Assembly (NCBI GenBank): GCA_965243135.1
Contig: OZ251539.1
Location: forward strand, 1,024,001-1,088,000
DNA: 64,000 nucleotides
From: Alphaproteobacteria bacterium
GTDB taxonomy: Bacteria > Pseudomonadota > Alphaproteobacteria > MPNO01 > UBA830
Direction of reading: 5' to 3'
Both the position numbers and the translations under genes were made by a program. Below the pieces are notes generated by a model. It had not been told where the DNA came from and did not search any database. It saw only the letters and a list, made by a program, of their open reading frames with translations. Position 1 is the first letter of the stretch; each line of letters starts with the position of its first letter. This document shows, piece by piece, positions 40,340 to 50,484 of this stretch.

Positions 40340-41187
40340 AGTTTTTCCTGCCGAAGACGGTCGAGGAGGCGGTAACGCTGCTTGCGGAGGAGCCGGAAGC
40401 GCGTTGCCTTGCCGGCGGGGCCACGCTGGTCGCGATGATGAACGCCGATCTTCTCGAACCGTCCGCCCTGATCAGCCTTCGCGATGTGGAGTCGCTCGGA
40501 CGCGTTTGGCGCGATGCCGAAGGCGGCGTCGCGTTCGGCGCCATGGCCAACCATGCCGGCGTTGCCGCGATGAACGGATGCGATGGGGGGCAGCGCGTCG
40601 TCCGCGACGCCGCGCGCGTGATCGGCCATCCTGCCGTCCGCAACATGGGAACGATCGGCGGTTCCATCGCTCACGCGGATCCTGCTGCGGATTATCCTGC
40701 CGCGCTCGTGGCGGCCGACGCTTCGATCGAGGTTGCGGGCGCGCAGGAGCGGCGTGAGGTCGCAGCGGCGGACTTTTTCGTCGATTACCTTGAAACCGCC
40801 CTCCGGCCGGGCGAGATGGTGACCGCCGTGCGCTTGCCTCCGGCGCCGTCCGGCGCCGTTTCCGCCTACGAAAAATTCGCCCGCGTCGACGGCGATTTCG
40901 CCACCGTTTCGGTAGCTGTCGTACTGTCCGAAGAGGACGGGCGATGCAGTCGCGCGCGGGTCGCCCTCGGCGGCTGCGGACCGACGCCGGTGCGGTCGGC
41001 CGAAGCGGAAGCCGTCCTTGTGGAGAAGGGAATTTCGAAGGATTCGATCTCCGCGGCTTGCGAGGCGCTTGCCGCCGCCGCCGATCCGATGGACGATTTC
41101 CGCGGCAGCGCCGAGTATCGGCTCCTCCTGATACCGGTGCTCGTCGAACGGGCCGTTGCGCGCGCCCGGAGAGGAGAGCCAACGTGA
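40336..41187 (+). CDS. Xanthine-dehydrogenase-family FAD subunit
   Basis: LAGGATL, VRNMGTIGGS, DPAADYP; TTG start overlaps the upstream stop. Confidence 0.9.
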   Translation: MKFFLPKTVEEAVTLLAEEPEARCLAGGATLVAMMNADLLEPSALISLRDVESLGRVWRDAEGGVAFGAMANHAGVAAMNGCDGGQRVVRDAARVIGHPAVRNMGTIGGSIAHADPAADYPAALVAADASIEVAGAQERREVAAADFFVDYLETALRPGEMVTAVRLPPAPSGAVSAYEKFARVDGDFATVSVAVVLSEEDGRCSRARVALGGCGPTPVRSAEAEAVLVEKGISKDSISAACEALAAAADPMDDFRGSAEYRLLLIPVLVERAVARARRGEPT

Positions 41188-41660
41188 GCGAGAAGATTCC
41201 CGTGTCCTTTTCCGTCAATGGGGAGGCGCGCCAGGCGTTCGTCCGTGCGCGCGATACGTTGCTGCAGGTGTTGCGCGAGGAGTTCAGGCTGACCGGTGCC
41301 AAGCGGGGCTGCAATCAGGGGGTCTGCGGAGCTTGCACGGTGATGGTCGACGGCAGGATCGTTCGCGGCTGCCTTTCGCTTGCCGCGAACTGCGCTGGCC
41401 GCGAGATCACGACGATCGAGGGACTCGAGGTCGACGGACGGTTGTCGCCCATTCAGCAGGCGTTTCTGGACGCCGGTGCCGTGCAGTGCGGGTTTTGCAT
41501 GCCGGGCATGATCATGGCCGCGACCGCGCTGGCGGCGGCGAACGAACCGTTGTCCGACGACAGGATCCGCGAAGGCTTGTCGGGAAATCTGTGCCGTTGT
41601 TCCGGCTACGTCAAGGCGGTCGATGCGGTGCGCGCCGTATGCGGAGAAACAGCGGAATGA
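41184..41660 (+). CDS. Xanthine-dehydrogenase-family 2Fe-2S subunit
   Basis: GCNQGVCGAC, QCGFC, CRCSGY. Confidence 0.93.
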   Translation: MSEKIPVSFSVNGEARQAFVRARDTLLQVLREEFRLTGAKRGCNQGVCGACTVMVDGRIVRGCLSLAANCAGREITTIEGLEVDGRLSPIQQAFLDAGAVQCGFCMPGMIMAATALAAANEPLSDDRIREGLSGNLCRCSGYVKAVDAVRAVCGETAE

Positions 41661-43969
41661 ACCCGGTCGGCAGCAACCTTCCGCGGCTGGAAGCGCGCGA
41701 AAAGATAAACGGCCGCGCCGTGTATTCGGACGACCTGTTTCTTCCCCATATGCTTCACGCGGCGGTTCTGCAGAGCCCGCATGCCCATGCGCGCATACTC
41801 TCCTGCGACGTCTCCGCGGCTCTTGCCGTGCCCGGAGTGATCGCGGCCTTGACCGGCGACGACATCGGATACCATCGGATCGGTCCCTTCGTGAAGGACG
41901 AAACCGCCATCGCCAAGGGCAAGGTCCGGTACGTCGGAGAACCCGTCGCCGCTGTCGCGGCCGTCGATCAGGAAACCGCGCGAACGGCAGTCGCGCTGAT
42001 CGATGTGGAATACGAGGAATTGCCGGCCGCGCTTTCGATCGACGAGGCGATGGCCGAGGGCGCGCCCCTTCTCCACGAGAATTTCGGGGAGCTTGTCCGG
42101 ACTTTCGAGGCGGATCACGACGGAAACGTGATGTGCGCGATCCGGATAGAGGAGGGCGACGTCGATGCTGCATGGGAATCCTGCGACGTCGTCGTGGAAG
42201 GCGAGTACGAAACGCAGGCCCAGTGCCACGCCTACATGGAGCCGTGTTCCGCCGTCGCGGACATCGACGCGAACGGCAAGATAACCGTCTGGTCCGGCAA
42301 TCAATCGGTATTTCGCCTTCAGGCGAACGTCGCGGAGTCGCTCGACATGCCGATGTCGAAGATCCGCTGCGTCACGCCGCGGGTCGGCGGCGCCTTCGGC
42401 GGCAAGATGGAACAGACCGTTCAGCCGATCGTCGCGGCGCTGTGCCGCAAGGCCGGGCGGCCGGTGAAGCTGACGCTGTCGCGGGAACAGGACTTCGAAA
42501 TGATCCGGTCGCGGCATCCCGCGAAGGTGTGGATGAAGACGGGAGCCTCCCGAGACGGCCGGCTGGTCGCCCGCGCGGCGCGGATCCGCCTGGACGCGGG
42601 AGCGTACGCGGACGACAGCCCGGGCGTCGCCGGAATATGCGCCTTGTTTTGCCGAGGGCCGTATCACGTCGAGAACGTCTCCGTGAGTTCCGCCGCGGTC
42701 TATACCAACAAGCTCAGGGCGGGGGCGTTCCGCGGTTTCGGCGGACCGCAGGTCGCGATCGCCGGGGAGACCCAGATCGACGAGATAGCCGGTAAGCTCG
42801 GCATCGATCCGATCGACTTCCGGCTCGCGAACGCCGTTCGTCCGGACGAGGAATGGCTTGGCGGACTCAAGCTGTCGACGCCGGCTCTGCGCGAATGCCT
42901 GCAGGAGGTGCGCGACGCCTGCGACTGGAAACGGCGCCGCGCAGCGGCGGCTTCCGGCGCGAACGGTCGCAAGCGCGGCATCGGCGTCGCCTGTCTGCCG
43001 CATATTTCGGGGATTCTTTCGTCCGGCGCGATCGTCAGGATTCTCGAGGACGGAACCGCGGTGCTGAACACCGGCGCGGTCGACAACGGCCAGGGTTCGG
43101 ACACGGTGCTTGCGCAGATATGCGCGGCCGCCCTCGGCCTCGAAGTCGACCAGATCAGCCTCGCCGTCGCGGATACCGACTCGTCTCCCTACAATTGGGG
43201 CACGACCGCGAGCCGCGTCACCTACATGACCGGGCGGGCGGTCGTCTCGGCGGCGAACGCCGCCGTCGAACAGCTGAAGCGGCGCGCCGCCGCGATGATG
43301 GAATGCGCGGTCGAAGATCTCGAAATGCGCGCCGGCGGCTATATCGGCCTGAAAGGCGTTCCCGATGCGCGGGTCAGCTACAGGGACATATCGGGTTACG
43401 CTCACTGGGTGGCGCAGGGCCCCGTCATCGGAAGCGACAGCTTCGCCTACGACGGCGAGGAATTCGACCCCAAGCGCGGTTTCGTCAGGGGGTTTCCGTT
43501 CGGCAGGATCGGCGCCTGGATTTTCGCCGCCCAAGCCGTCGAGGTGGAAATCGACGAGGCGACCGGACGCATAACGCCGATCGAGGTCTGGTCGGCCCAC
43601 GATATCGGCCGCGCCATCAATCCGTCGTCGGTCGCCGGACAGGTCGAAGGCGGCGTGGTGCAGGGAATCGGCTACGCGTTGCATGAGGAAATGGTCTGGG
43701 ATTCCGGACGTCTCGCGAACCCCTCGCTCATGGACTACAAGATTCCGGGCGCGCTCGATTCTCCGCCGAAGATCAACACGATCCTTGTCGAGGTGCCCGA
43801 CGAAACCGGTCCGTTCGGCGCCAAGGGAGTCGGCGAGCCGCCCATCGTGGGGATCGCCCCCGCGATCGCGAACGCGGTGGCTCATGCGACAGGCGCGCGC
43901 CTGCGACGCCTTCCCATGACGCCGGAACGAGTCCTTCGCGCCTTCAGGGAGGAGGGCGCCGGAACCTGA
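41657..43969 (+). CDS. Xanthine-dehydrogenase-family molybdopterin subunit
   Basis: VGGAFGGK, AFRGFGGPQ, GQGSDT, GAKGVGEP. Confidence 0.93.
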   Translation: MNPVGSNLPRLEAREKINGRAVYSDDLFLPHMLHAAVLQSPHAHARILSCDVSAALAVPGVIAALTGDDIGYHRIGPFVKDETAIAKGKVRYVGEPVAAVAAVDQETARTAVALIDVEYEELPAALSIDEAMAEGAPLLHENFGELVRTFEADHDGNVMCAIRIEEGDVDAAWESCDVVVEGEYETQAQCHAYMEPCSAVADIDANGKITVWSGNQSVFRLQANVAESLDMPMSKIRCVTPRVGGAFGGKMEQTVQPIVAALCRKAGRPVKLTLSREQDFEMIRSRHPAKVWMKTGASRDGRLVARAARIRLDAGAYADDSPGVAGICALFCRGPYHVENVSVSSAAVYTNKLRAGAFRGFGGPQVAIAGETQIDEIAGKLGIDPIDFRLANAVRPDEEWLGGLKLSTPALRECLQEVRDACDWKRRRAAAASGANGRKRGIGVACLPHISGILSSGAIVRILEDGTAVLNTGAVDNGQGSDTVLAQICAAALGLEVDQISLAVADTDSSPYNWGTTASRVTYMTGRAVVSAANAAVEQLKRRAAAMMECAVEDLEMRAGGYIGLKGVPDARVSYRDISGYAHWVAQGPVIGSDSFAYDGEEFDPKRGFVRGFPFGRIGAWIFAAQAVEVEIDEATGRITPIEVWSAHDIGRAINPSSVAGQVEGGVVQGIGYALHEEMVWDSGRLANPSLMDYKIPGALDSPPKINTILVEVPDETGPFGAKGVGEPPIVGIAPAIANAVAHATGARLRRLPMTPERVLRAFREEGAGT

Positions 43970-43980
43970 GGAGACCCACG

Positions 43981-45156
43981 ATGAAATATTTTTCCGCGCT
44001 TGCAGCGTTCGTCGCCGCCGCCGGGCTTGCGGCCCCGGCGGACGCGGCGGACCCGGTTCGAATCGGTTATTCCCTGCCGAAGACGGGAATATTCGCGCCC
44101 GCCGCGGCGTCGCAGGACAACGCCTACGAGCTGTGGCGCGAGCAGGTCAATGCGAAAGGCGGGCTCGACGTCGCGGGCGAACGCCGCATGGTGGAATTCG
44201 TCAAGTACGACGACCAGTCGAATCCCGGAAAAGTCGTCCAGATCTACGAAAAGCTGGTAGCCGGCGACAAGGTCGATCTGGTCTTCGCTCCATGGGGCAC
44301 GGCCCACCATTTCGCTCTCGCCGGATTTCTCGAGCGCCGCAAGTTGCCGATGATGGGCAACACCGCGGCGTCCGTGAAAATCCGCGACCTCGAAGCGAAA
44401 TACATCTGGTTTCCGGCTTCCGGCATGCCGGACCAGCTCGCGGAAGCGGTGGCGAAGCTCATGAAGGAGCAGAACGTCGGCAGCGCCGCCGTTCTCACCC
44501 TGCAGTTGCCCTTTTCCCTGGAGGTTCGCGAGTTCCTGCTCCCGGCGCTGAAGAAGGAAGGCATCGACGTCGTTCTCGCCAAGGAATATCCGCCGACCGT
44601 CAAGGACATGACGGCGCAGCTCGCCCAGGTGAAAGCGGCCGCTCCGGACGCGGTGCTTTCGCTTTCCTATCCTTCGGATTCGGTCATGTACGTGAAGCAG
44701 GCGAAGGCGCTCGGCCTCAAGGCGCAGTTCCAGCTCGTGCTCATCGGCCCTTCGATGCCTTTCTTCGGCAAGGTGCTCGGCGGCGCGACCGACGGCATCG
44801 TCACGCTCGGTCAGTGGTCGCCCCATCAGAAGAGCTGGCCTCGCGCGATGCCGTTCCTGAACGCTTACAAGTCCAGGTTCGACGACGTTCCGGACTATCT
44901 CGATTCGGCGTTGGTCTACATGTCCTGCGAGATCGTCGAACAGGCCGTGGCCAAAGCCGGCCTCGACCGCGAGAAGCTTCGCGCCGCGTATGCCTCCGGC
45001 ACTTTCGAGACGATCGGGGGCGAGATTTCCTTCGACGGCGTTCAGGCGACCGCTCCGACCCTGGTTTCCCAGGTCCAGGACGGGGAGATCCACATCGTCT
45101 ACCCGCCCGAAGTGGCGACCAGCCCCTACCGGCCGAAGACCGGCTGGGGCGAATAA
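43981..45156 (+). CDS. Liv-type ABC transporter substrate-binding protein
   Basis: Signal peptide; RIGYSLPKTG, VNAKGGL, YDDQSNP, DKVDLVFAPWG. Confidence 0.9.
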   Translation: MKYFSALAAFVAAAGLAAPADAADPVRIGYSLPKTGIFAPAAASQDNAYELWREQVNAKGGLDVAGERRMVEFVKYDDQSNPGKVVQIYEKLVAGDKVDLVFAPWGTAHHFALAGFLERRKLPMMGNTAASVKIRDLEAKYIWFPASGMPDQLAEAVAKLMKEQNVGSAAVLTLQLPFSLEVREFLLPALKKEGIDVVLAKEYPPTVKDMTAQLAQVKAAAPDAVLSLSYPSDSVMYVKQAKALGLKAQFQLVLIGPSMPFFGKVLGGATDGIVTLGQWSPHQKSWPRAMPFLNAYKSRFDDVPDYLDSALVYMSCEIVEQAVAKAGLDREKLRAAYASGTFETIGGEISFDGVQATAPTLVSQVQDGEIHIVYPPEVATSPYRPKTGWGE

Positions 45157-45201
45157 AGGCGCCGCGGCCGCCGCGCCGCCGCCTTTTCCCGGAACGCCGC
45201 G

Positions 45202-46092
45202 TTGGACGCGCTGCTGTCGATCCAGCTTCTTCTCGCGGCGCTGGTCACCGGTTTTACGTACGCCCTGGTGGCGTTGGGCCTCAATCTGATCTACGGCACC
45301 ATGCGGCTGCTCAACGTCGCGCACGGCGAGCTCGTCATGCTGGGAGCCTACCTTGCGTTCTGGCTGTTCACGCTCGCCGGCGTGTCGCCGATCGTTTCGC
45401 TGGCCCTCGTTCTGTTGCCGGGGGCGGCGTTCGGCTGGCTGGCCTATGCGGGAATATTCCGCAGCGCCATTCTGTCGACCGCCGTCGTCGAGCGGCTGGA
45501 GGCGAATTCCCTCCTGCTGTTCTTCGGACTGTCGATCGTGTTGCAGAACGTCGTGTCGCTCGCCTTCGGCGCCGACCAGCGCGGTTATCGTTATCTGGAC
45601 GCCGTCGTCGAGTTCGCGGGTCTCGCCATCACCGCCAACCGGCTGCTGGCGTTCGGAGTTTCGCTGACCGTTTGCCTCGCGCTGATCCTCTTTCTGAACC
45701 GGTCGATTTTCGGACTGGCGATCCGCGCTCTGATTCAAAGCCGCGAGGCGACCGCCCTGGTCGGGATCGACGTGGACCGCGTGCAGATGACGAGCTTCGC
45801 TCTCGGCTTCGCCCTGGCGGCGCTCGCCGGCGCGCTCGTCAGCACGATGCAGCAGATCTCGCCGTTCATGGGATTTCCGTTCACCATCGCCGCCTTCGTC
45901 GTGATCATTCTGGGCGGCCTCGGAAACATGACGGGAAGCGTCGTGGGCGGGTTGATCCTCGGTTTTCTGGAGACGTACGGCGTGGCGCTGACCGCGCCGA
46001 CCTACCAGTCCATCCTGATCTACGGCGTCTTCATCGCCGCGCTGCTGTGGCGACCGCAGGGCATAATGGGCGCGAGGCGAGCCGCCCGATGA
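45202..46092 (+). CDS. Liv-type ABC permease (LivH-like)
   Basis: YALVALGLNLIYG..NVAHGE, VVIILGGLG. Confidence 0.9.
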   Translation: MDALLSIQLLLAALVTGFTYALVALGLNLIYGTMRLLNVAHGELVMLGAYLAFWLFTLAGVSPIVSLALVLLPGAAFGWLAYAGIFRSAILSTAVVERLEANSLLLFFGLSIVLQNVVSLAFGADQRGYRYLDAVVEFAGLAITANRLLAFGVSLTVCLALILFLNRSIFGLAIRALIQSREATALVGIDVDRVQMTSFALGFALAALAGALVSTMQQISPFMGFPFTIAAFVVIILGGLGNMTGSVVGGLILGFLETYGVALTAPTYQSILIYGVFIAALLWRPQGIMGARRAAR

Positions 46093-46994
46093 CGCGCGCC
46101 GCCGCGGTCGGAGCGATTTTCGCGGCGTTCGGTTCGCTGGCGTTCGCCCCGAGGTTTTTCGACGATTACCTCGTCGGATTCATGTTCACCTTGATGATGT
46201 GGCTTGCGCTGACCCAGAGCTGGGCGCTGTTTTCCGGCCTGACGGGCTACGTTTCGCTGGGCCACGCGGTGTTTTTCGGAATCGGCGCCTACGCGATGGT
46301 TCTGTGCTGGGGCGCGGTTTCCCTCTGGGCGGCGCTGGCGATCGCCGGCGCGGCGGCCGGACTTCTCGCGTTGATCGCGGGCTATCCGTGCCTCCGCGTT
46401 CGCGGCCCTTACTTCGTCATTCTGACGTTCGGGTTGGCCGAACTGGTCAAATACGTCGTGGTCAACGTCGAGGCGGCGCTGGGCCAGTTCAGCCGCGTCG
46501 TTTTCGCCGCTCCCGACCTCGACCTGCTCTATTACGCGATGGTCGTTCTCGCGGCCGTCTCGACCGCGGTCACCTACGCCGCCCGCAGGTCGCGAGTCGG
46601 CGTCGGGCTTCGCGCGATTCGCGAGGACGAGCAGGCGGCGGAAACGCTCGGCGTCGACGTGACCGCATACAAGACGTTCGCGTTCTGCGCGTCGGCCGTC
46701 GTTCCCGGAATGGTCGGAGCCGTCGCCGTTCTGCGGACGACCTATTTCGAGCCTCTTCAGGCTTTCAGCCCGGTCACGTCCTTCATGATCGTCGCCATCG
46801 CGATCTTCGGAGGGGGAGACGACGCGCCCGGTCCGGTCTACGGCGCGGTGTTCCTGGTCGTTCTCCAGGAACTGTTGTGGGCCAACTGGCCGGAAGTCTA
46901 CATGATAATTCTCGGGACGCTGCTCATCGTTTTCGTGCTGTGGTCGCCGGACGGCGTTCACGGCTGGGTCCGCAGGTTTCGGCGGCGGCGCTGA
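46089..46994 (+). CDS. Liv-type ABC permease (LivM-like)
   Basis: GYVSLGHAVFFGIGAY, LRVRGPYF, LRAIREDE. Confidence 0.9.
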   Translation: MTRAAAVGAIFAAFGSLAFAPRFFDDYLVGFMFTLMMWLALTQSWALFSGLTGYVSLGHAVFFGIGAYAMVLCWGAVSLWAALAIAGAAAGLLALIAGYPCLRVRGPYFVILTFGLAELVKYVVVNVEAALGQFSRVVFAAPDLDLLYYAMVVLAAVSTAVTYAARRSRVGVGLRAIREDEQAAETLGVDVTAYKTFAFCASAVVPGMVGAVAVLRTTYFEPLQAFSPVTSFMIVAIAIFGGGDDAPGPVYGAVFLVVLQELLWANWPEVYMIILGTLLIVFVLWSPDGVHGWVRRFRRRR

Positions 46995-47719
46995 TGCTTC
47001 TGGAAGTTCGGGACGTCACCAAGAACTTCGGCGGGCTCGCGGCCGTCGACGGCGTGACGTTCTCCGTCGAAGAGGGCGAAATACTGGGACTCATGGGGGC
47101 CAACGGCGCGGGCAAGACGACGTTGTTCAGCATGATCGCCGGAAATCGGCGACCGACCAGGGGAGCAATCAGCTTCGACGGACGCCGCATCGACCGTCTC
47201 CGGCCGGACCGCATCTGCCGTCTCGGGATCGCGCGCGTCTTTCAGATCGTTCGGCCGTTCTCCGACATGACCGTTCTGGAGAACGCGATGGTCGGCGACC
47301 TGTTCGGAACGCGCCGGGAGCGATCGCTGGAATCCGCGGAAGCGCGATGCCGCGGCGTTCTCGCGGAGGTCGGGCTGTCCGGCCGCGCCGACGACCCGGC
47401 CCGCTCGCTCAACCTGGCGGGCCAAAAGAAGCTGGAAATCGCGCGGGCGCTCGCGACCGAGCCGAGATTGCTGATGCTCGACGAGGTCATGGCGGGGCTG
47501 ACGCCGACGGAGGTGCTGGAAACGGTCGCCATGATCCGGCGGCTTCACGCCGCCCGGCGGCTGACGCTGATCGTCATCGAGCACGTGATGGGCGTCTTGA
47601 TGGATCTGTGCCGGCGGATCGTCGTTCTCCACAACGGCGCTCTGATCGCGGAAGGGCCTCCGGCCCGGATAGCGAACGATCCCCGGGTGGTCGACTCCTA
47701 TCTGGGAACCGGAAGGTGA
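46994..47719 (+). CDS. ABC ATP-binding protein (LivG-like)
   Basis: FGGLAAVD, GANGAGKTT, LMLDE, IEH. Confidence 0.92.
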   Translation: MLLEVRDVTKNFGGLAAVDGVTFSVEEGEILGLMGANGAGKTTLFSMIAGNRRPTRGAISFDGRRIDRLRPDRICRLGIARVFQIVRPFSDMTVLENAMVGDLFGTRRERSLESAEARCRGVLAEVGLSGRADDPARSLNLAGQKKLEIARALATEPRLLMLDEVMAGLTPTEVLETVAMIRRLHAARRLTLIVIEHVMGVLMDLCRRIVVLHNGALIAEGPPARIANDPRVVDSYLGTGR

Positions 47720-48423
47720 AGGCCTTGCTGGAAACCCGCGAACTCTCGGCCGGCTACGGCCAGATCCGGGCGCTGCGCGAGGTGTCGCTCGAAGCGGTCG
47801 AAGGTTCCGTCACCGCGCTGGTCGGCAGCCAGGGGGCCGGAAAGACGACGCTGATGCGGGCGCTGTCCGGGTTGTTGCGCCATGACCGCGGCCGGATCCT
47901 TTTCGACGGTCGCGACGTCGGCGGCCTGCCTCCCGACCGGCGGGTGGCGCTGGGAATTTCTCTCGTTCCCGAGGGCCGCCTGATATTTCCGGACTTCACG
48001 GTGGAGCAGAACCTGCGCATCGGCGGCTTCTCGGCCCGCGACAGGACCGACGCCAATCTCGAAAGCATGTTCGCGCTGTTTCCCAGGTTGCGCGAACGCT
48101 GCGCCCAGCGGGGCGAAACCTTGTCCGGCGGAGAGCAGCAGATGCTGGCGCTGGCGCGCGGCCTGATGAGCGAACCCCGCCTGCTGCTCCTCGACGAACC
48201 GAGTCTCGGCCTCGCTCCGGCCGTCGCGCGCCTGCTGTTCGACACCGTGGCGCTGATCCGCGAGCGCGGGATCACCGTGCTCATCGTCGAGCAGGATATC
48301 CGTTCGACTCTCGAGATCGCCGACCGCGCCTACGTCATGGAGAACGGGCGAATCGTCATGAGCGGCGAGGCTTCGGACCTGCTTGCCGACGATTCGGTCA
48401 GGCGAGCCTATCTGGGCATGTAA
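47716..48423 (+). CDS. ABC ATP-binding protein (LivF-like)
   Basis: GSQGAGKTT, LSGGEQQML, LLLDEPSLGLAP. Confidence 0.92.
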   Translation: MKALLETRELSAGYGQIRALREVSLEAVEGSVTALVGSQGAGKTTLMRALSGLLRHDRGRILFDGRDVGGLPPDRRVALGISLVPEGRLIFPDFTVEQNLRIGGFSARDRTDANLESMFALFPRLRERCAQRGETLSGGEQQMLALARGLMSEPRLLLLDEPSLGLAPAVARLLFDTVALIRERGITVLIVEQDIRSTLEIADRAYVMENGRIVMSGEASDLLADDSVRRAYLGM

Positions 48424-48501
48424 CGAGCCCGCGACCCCCGGCCGCGGCGAACGCTCTCGCGGCCGGCGCGGCGGAAAGCGCCGGGGCCGCCGCCTCCCGG
48501 T

Positions 48502-50193
48502 TCAGACGTAGGCGATCAACAGCAGCGCTCCCAGCAGCACGGCGACCCAGAGCGCCATCGATCCGGTCGGCCACGTCCGCGCCAGGACTCCCTCGGGCCC
48601 ATGGTGCTGGAACATGTAATCGACCACGCGGGCCACGCCGCGGCCGAGATCCTCGAGAATGCTTCTCCAGCCCTCCCCGGTGTGCGCGAGGAACCGGCGG
48701 TACAGGTTCGGCAGCCAGCGCCGGTAGGCGATGTCGAAATCGAGGTTCACCGACCGGAGTTCGGGCGGGTAGATGCGGTAGCGCATGAGCACCGCGAAGG
48801 CGAGGGCCGAGAACAGCAGAAGCTGGTACTGGCCGACGACGTGCCCCGCGGTGTACGGCTGGTAATCGACCGGGTAGGGAAGGAGGCCGTACAGCAGGGG
48901 CGAGTGGACGCCGAGCGCGATGCAAAGCGCCGCCGTTACGCCCATCGCGACCAGCATGTTCCACGGCGCCTCCTTGCAGCGCTTGCCGGAATCGTGCGCG
49001 AAGAACGCGAAGTAGGGGATCTTGATCCCGGAATGGTGGAACACGCCCGCCGAGGCGAACAGCAAAACCAGCCAGACGACGAAATGGCCTTCGTACGCGA
49101 CCGCCGACAAGGTCAGCGATTTCGCGACGAATCCCGAGAACAGCGGAAACGCGGAGATCGACGCGGCGCCGACGATGCAGAACGCGGTCGTCAGCGGCAT
49201 CGACTTGTACAGCCCCCCGAGCTCCGATCCCTTCGCCGTGCCGACGCGATGGAGCACTGCGCCCATCGACATGAACAGGAGCGCCTTGTAGAGGATGTGG
49301 GCGAAGGCGTGAGCGGCCGCGCCGTTGAGCGCGAGGGCCGAGCCGATGCCGACGCCGCAGACCATGAAGCCGAGCTGGTTGTTGAGGGAGTAGGCAAGGA
49401 CTCGCCGAAGATCGTTCTCGATGACGGCGTAGAAGATCGGGAACGCGGTCATCGCCGCGCCGACGTAGATCAGCAGTTCGGTTCCGGGAAAGCCCCGCGC
49501 CAGCGCGTAGACGGCGCACTTCGTGGTGAAAGCCGACAGGAAGACCGTGCCCGTGACCGTCGCCTCCGGATAGGCGTCCTGCAGCCAGTTGTGGAGGAAC
49601 GGGAACGCGCACTTGATGCCGAACGCGAGCAGGATCAGCCATGCGGCCGCGCTGTCGAGAGTCATCTTCTCGAAAGCGATGGATCCCGTCTGGTGCGTCA
49701 TCAGGAGGGCGCCCGACAGAAGGAGCACCCCCGAGCCGATCTGGATGACGAGGTAGCGCATTCCGGCGCGGTAGGCGGCCTCGGTGCGCCGCGCCCAGAT
49801 CAGGAACACCGACGTCACCGCCATCGCCTCCCAGTAGACGAACAGGGTAAGGAGGTCTCCCGCGAAGACCGCGCCGATTCCGGAGCCCGCATAGGCCATG
49901 GCCGCGGTCTGCTCCACCGCGTCGTCGTTGTGCCAGGCGTATACGACGCTCAGCGCGGCGGCGATGTGGAAGATGTATCCGAATATCAGGCTGAGCCCGT
50001 CGATTCGGACCGGCGCGATTTCGAACTCGAAAAACGTAAAGCCGTAGAAGACGCCGGACTCGGCGTTGGCGAGCGCCCACAGCCCGGCGAGCGGCAGCGC
50101 CGTAAGCCACGCCTGCCGCCAGCGTCCGGGCAGGAACGGCGCCGGCAACGCGCCGAGAATCAGAAGCAGGCCGGGCGGAATCCCGAAAAGCAT
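48502..50193 (-). CDS. Na+/H+ antiporter MrpD-like subunit
   Basis: WE..SVFL, GIKCAFPFLHNWLQDAY, HAFAHILYKALLF. Confidence 0.88.
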   Translation of the reverse strand: MLFGIPPGLLLILGALPAPFLPGRWRQAWLTALPLAGLWALANAESGVFYGFTFFEFEIAPVRIDGLSLIFGYIFHIAAALSVVYAWHNDDAVEQTAAMAYAGSGIGAVFAGDLLTLFVYWEAMAVTSVFLIWARRTEAAYRAGMRYLVIQIGSGVLLLSGALLMTHQTGSIAFEKMTLDSAAAWLILLAFGIKCAFPFLHNWLQDAYPEATVTGTVFLSAFTTKCAVYALARGFPGTELLIYVGAAMTAFPIFYAVIENDLRRVLAYSLNNQLGFMVCGVGIGSALALNGAAAHAFAHILYKALLFMSMGAVLHRVGTAKGSELGGLYKSMPLTTAFCIVGAASISAFPLFSGFVAKSLTLSAVAYEGHFVVWLVLLFASAGVFHHSGIKIPYFAFFAHDSGKRCKEAPWNMLVAMGVTAALCIALGVHSPLLYGLLPYPVDYQPYTAGHVVGQYQLLLFSALAFAVLMRYRIYPPELRSVNLDFDIAYRRWLPNLYRRFLAHTGEGWRSILEDLGRGVARVVDYMFQHHGPEGVLARTWPTGSMALWVAVLLGALLLIAYV

Positions 50194-50474
50194 CAGCGGT
50201 CGTCCTTCCCGGAATCGTAGTAGTCCTCTTTCCGCTTGAGCAGCTTTCTCAGTTCCTTCGCGGCCAGCACCAGGCCGACGCAGGCGACGAACCCGTAAAG
50301 GCCGTAGAAACCGAAGACTTTCTCGACGTCGAATTCCGGATGCTTGACGTAGAAGGCGTCCGCCAGGAACAGCAGCGCGCACACTCCGACGATCGCCCAA
50401 TAGATCTTGTCCACGTTGAGCGGATCGTCGAGCCAGTATTTGCGTTCGTCGGGCGAGGGGGCGGGATTCGTCAT
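50193..50474 (-). CDS. Small 2-TM protein of the Mrp operon
   Basis: WLDDP..FGFYGLYGFVACVGLVLAAK..KRKEDYY; translationally coupled to its neighbour. Confidence 0.8.
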   Translation of the reverse strand: MTNPAPSPDERKYWLDDPLNVDKIYWAIVGVCALLFLADAFYVKHPEFDVEKVFGFYGLYGFVACVGLVLAAKELRKLLKRKEDYYDSGKDDR

Positions 50475-50484
50475 CGGACGCTCC

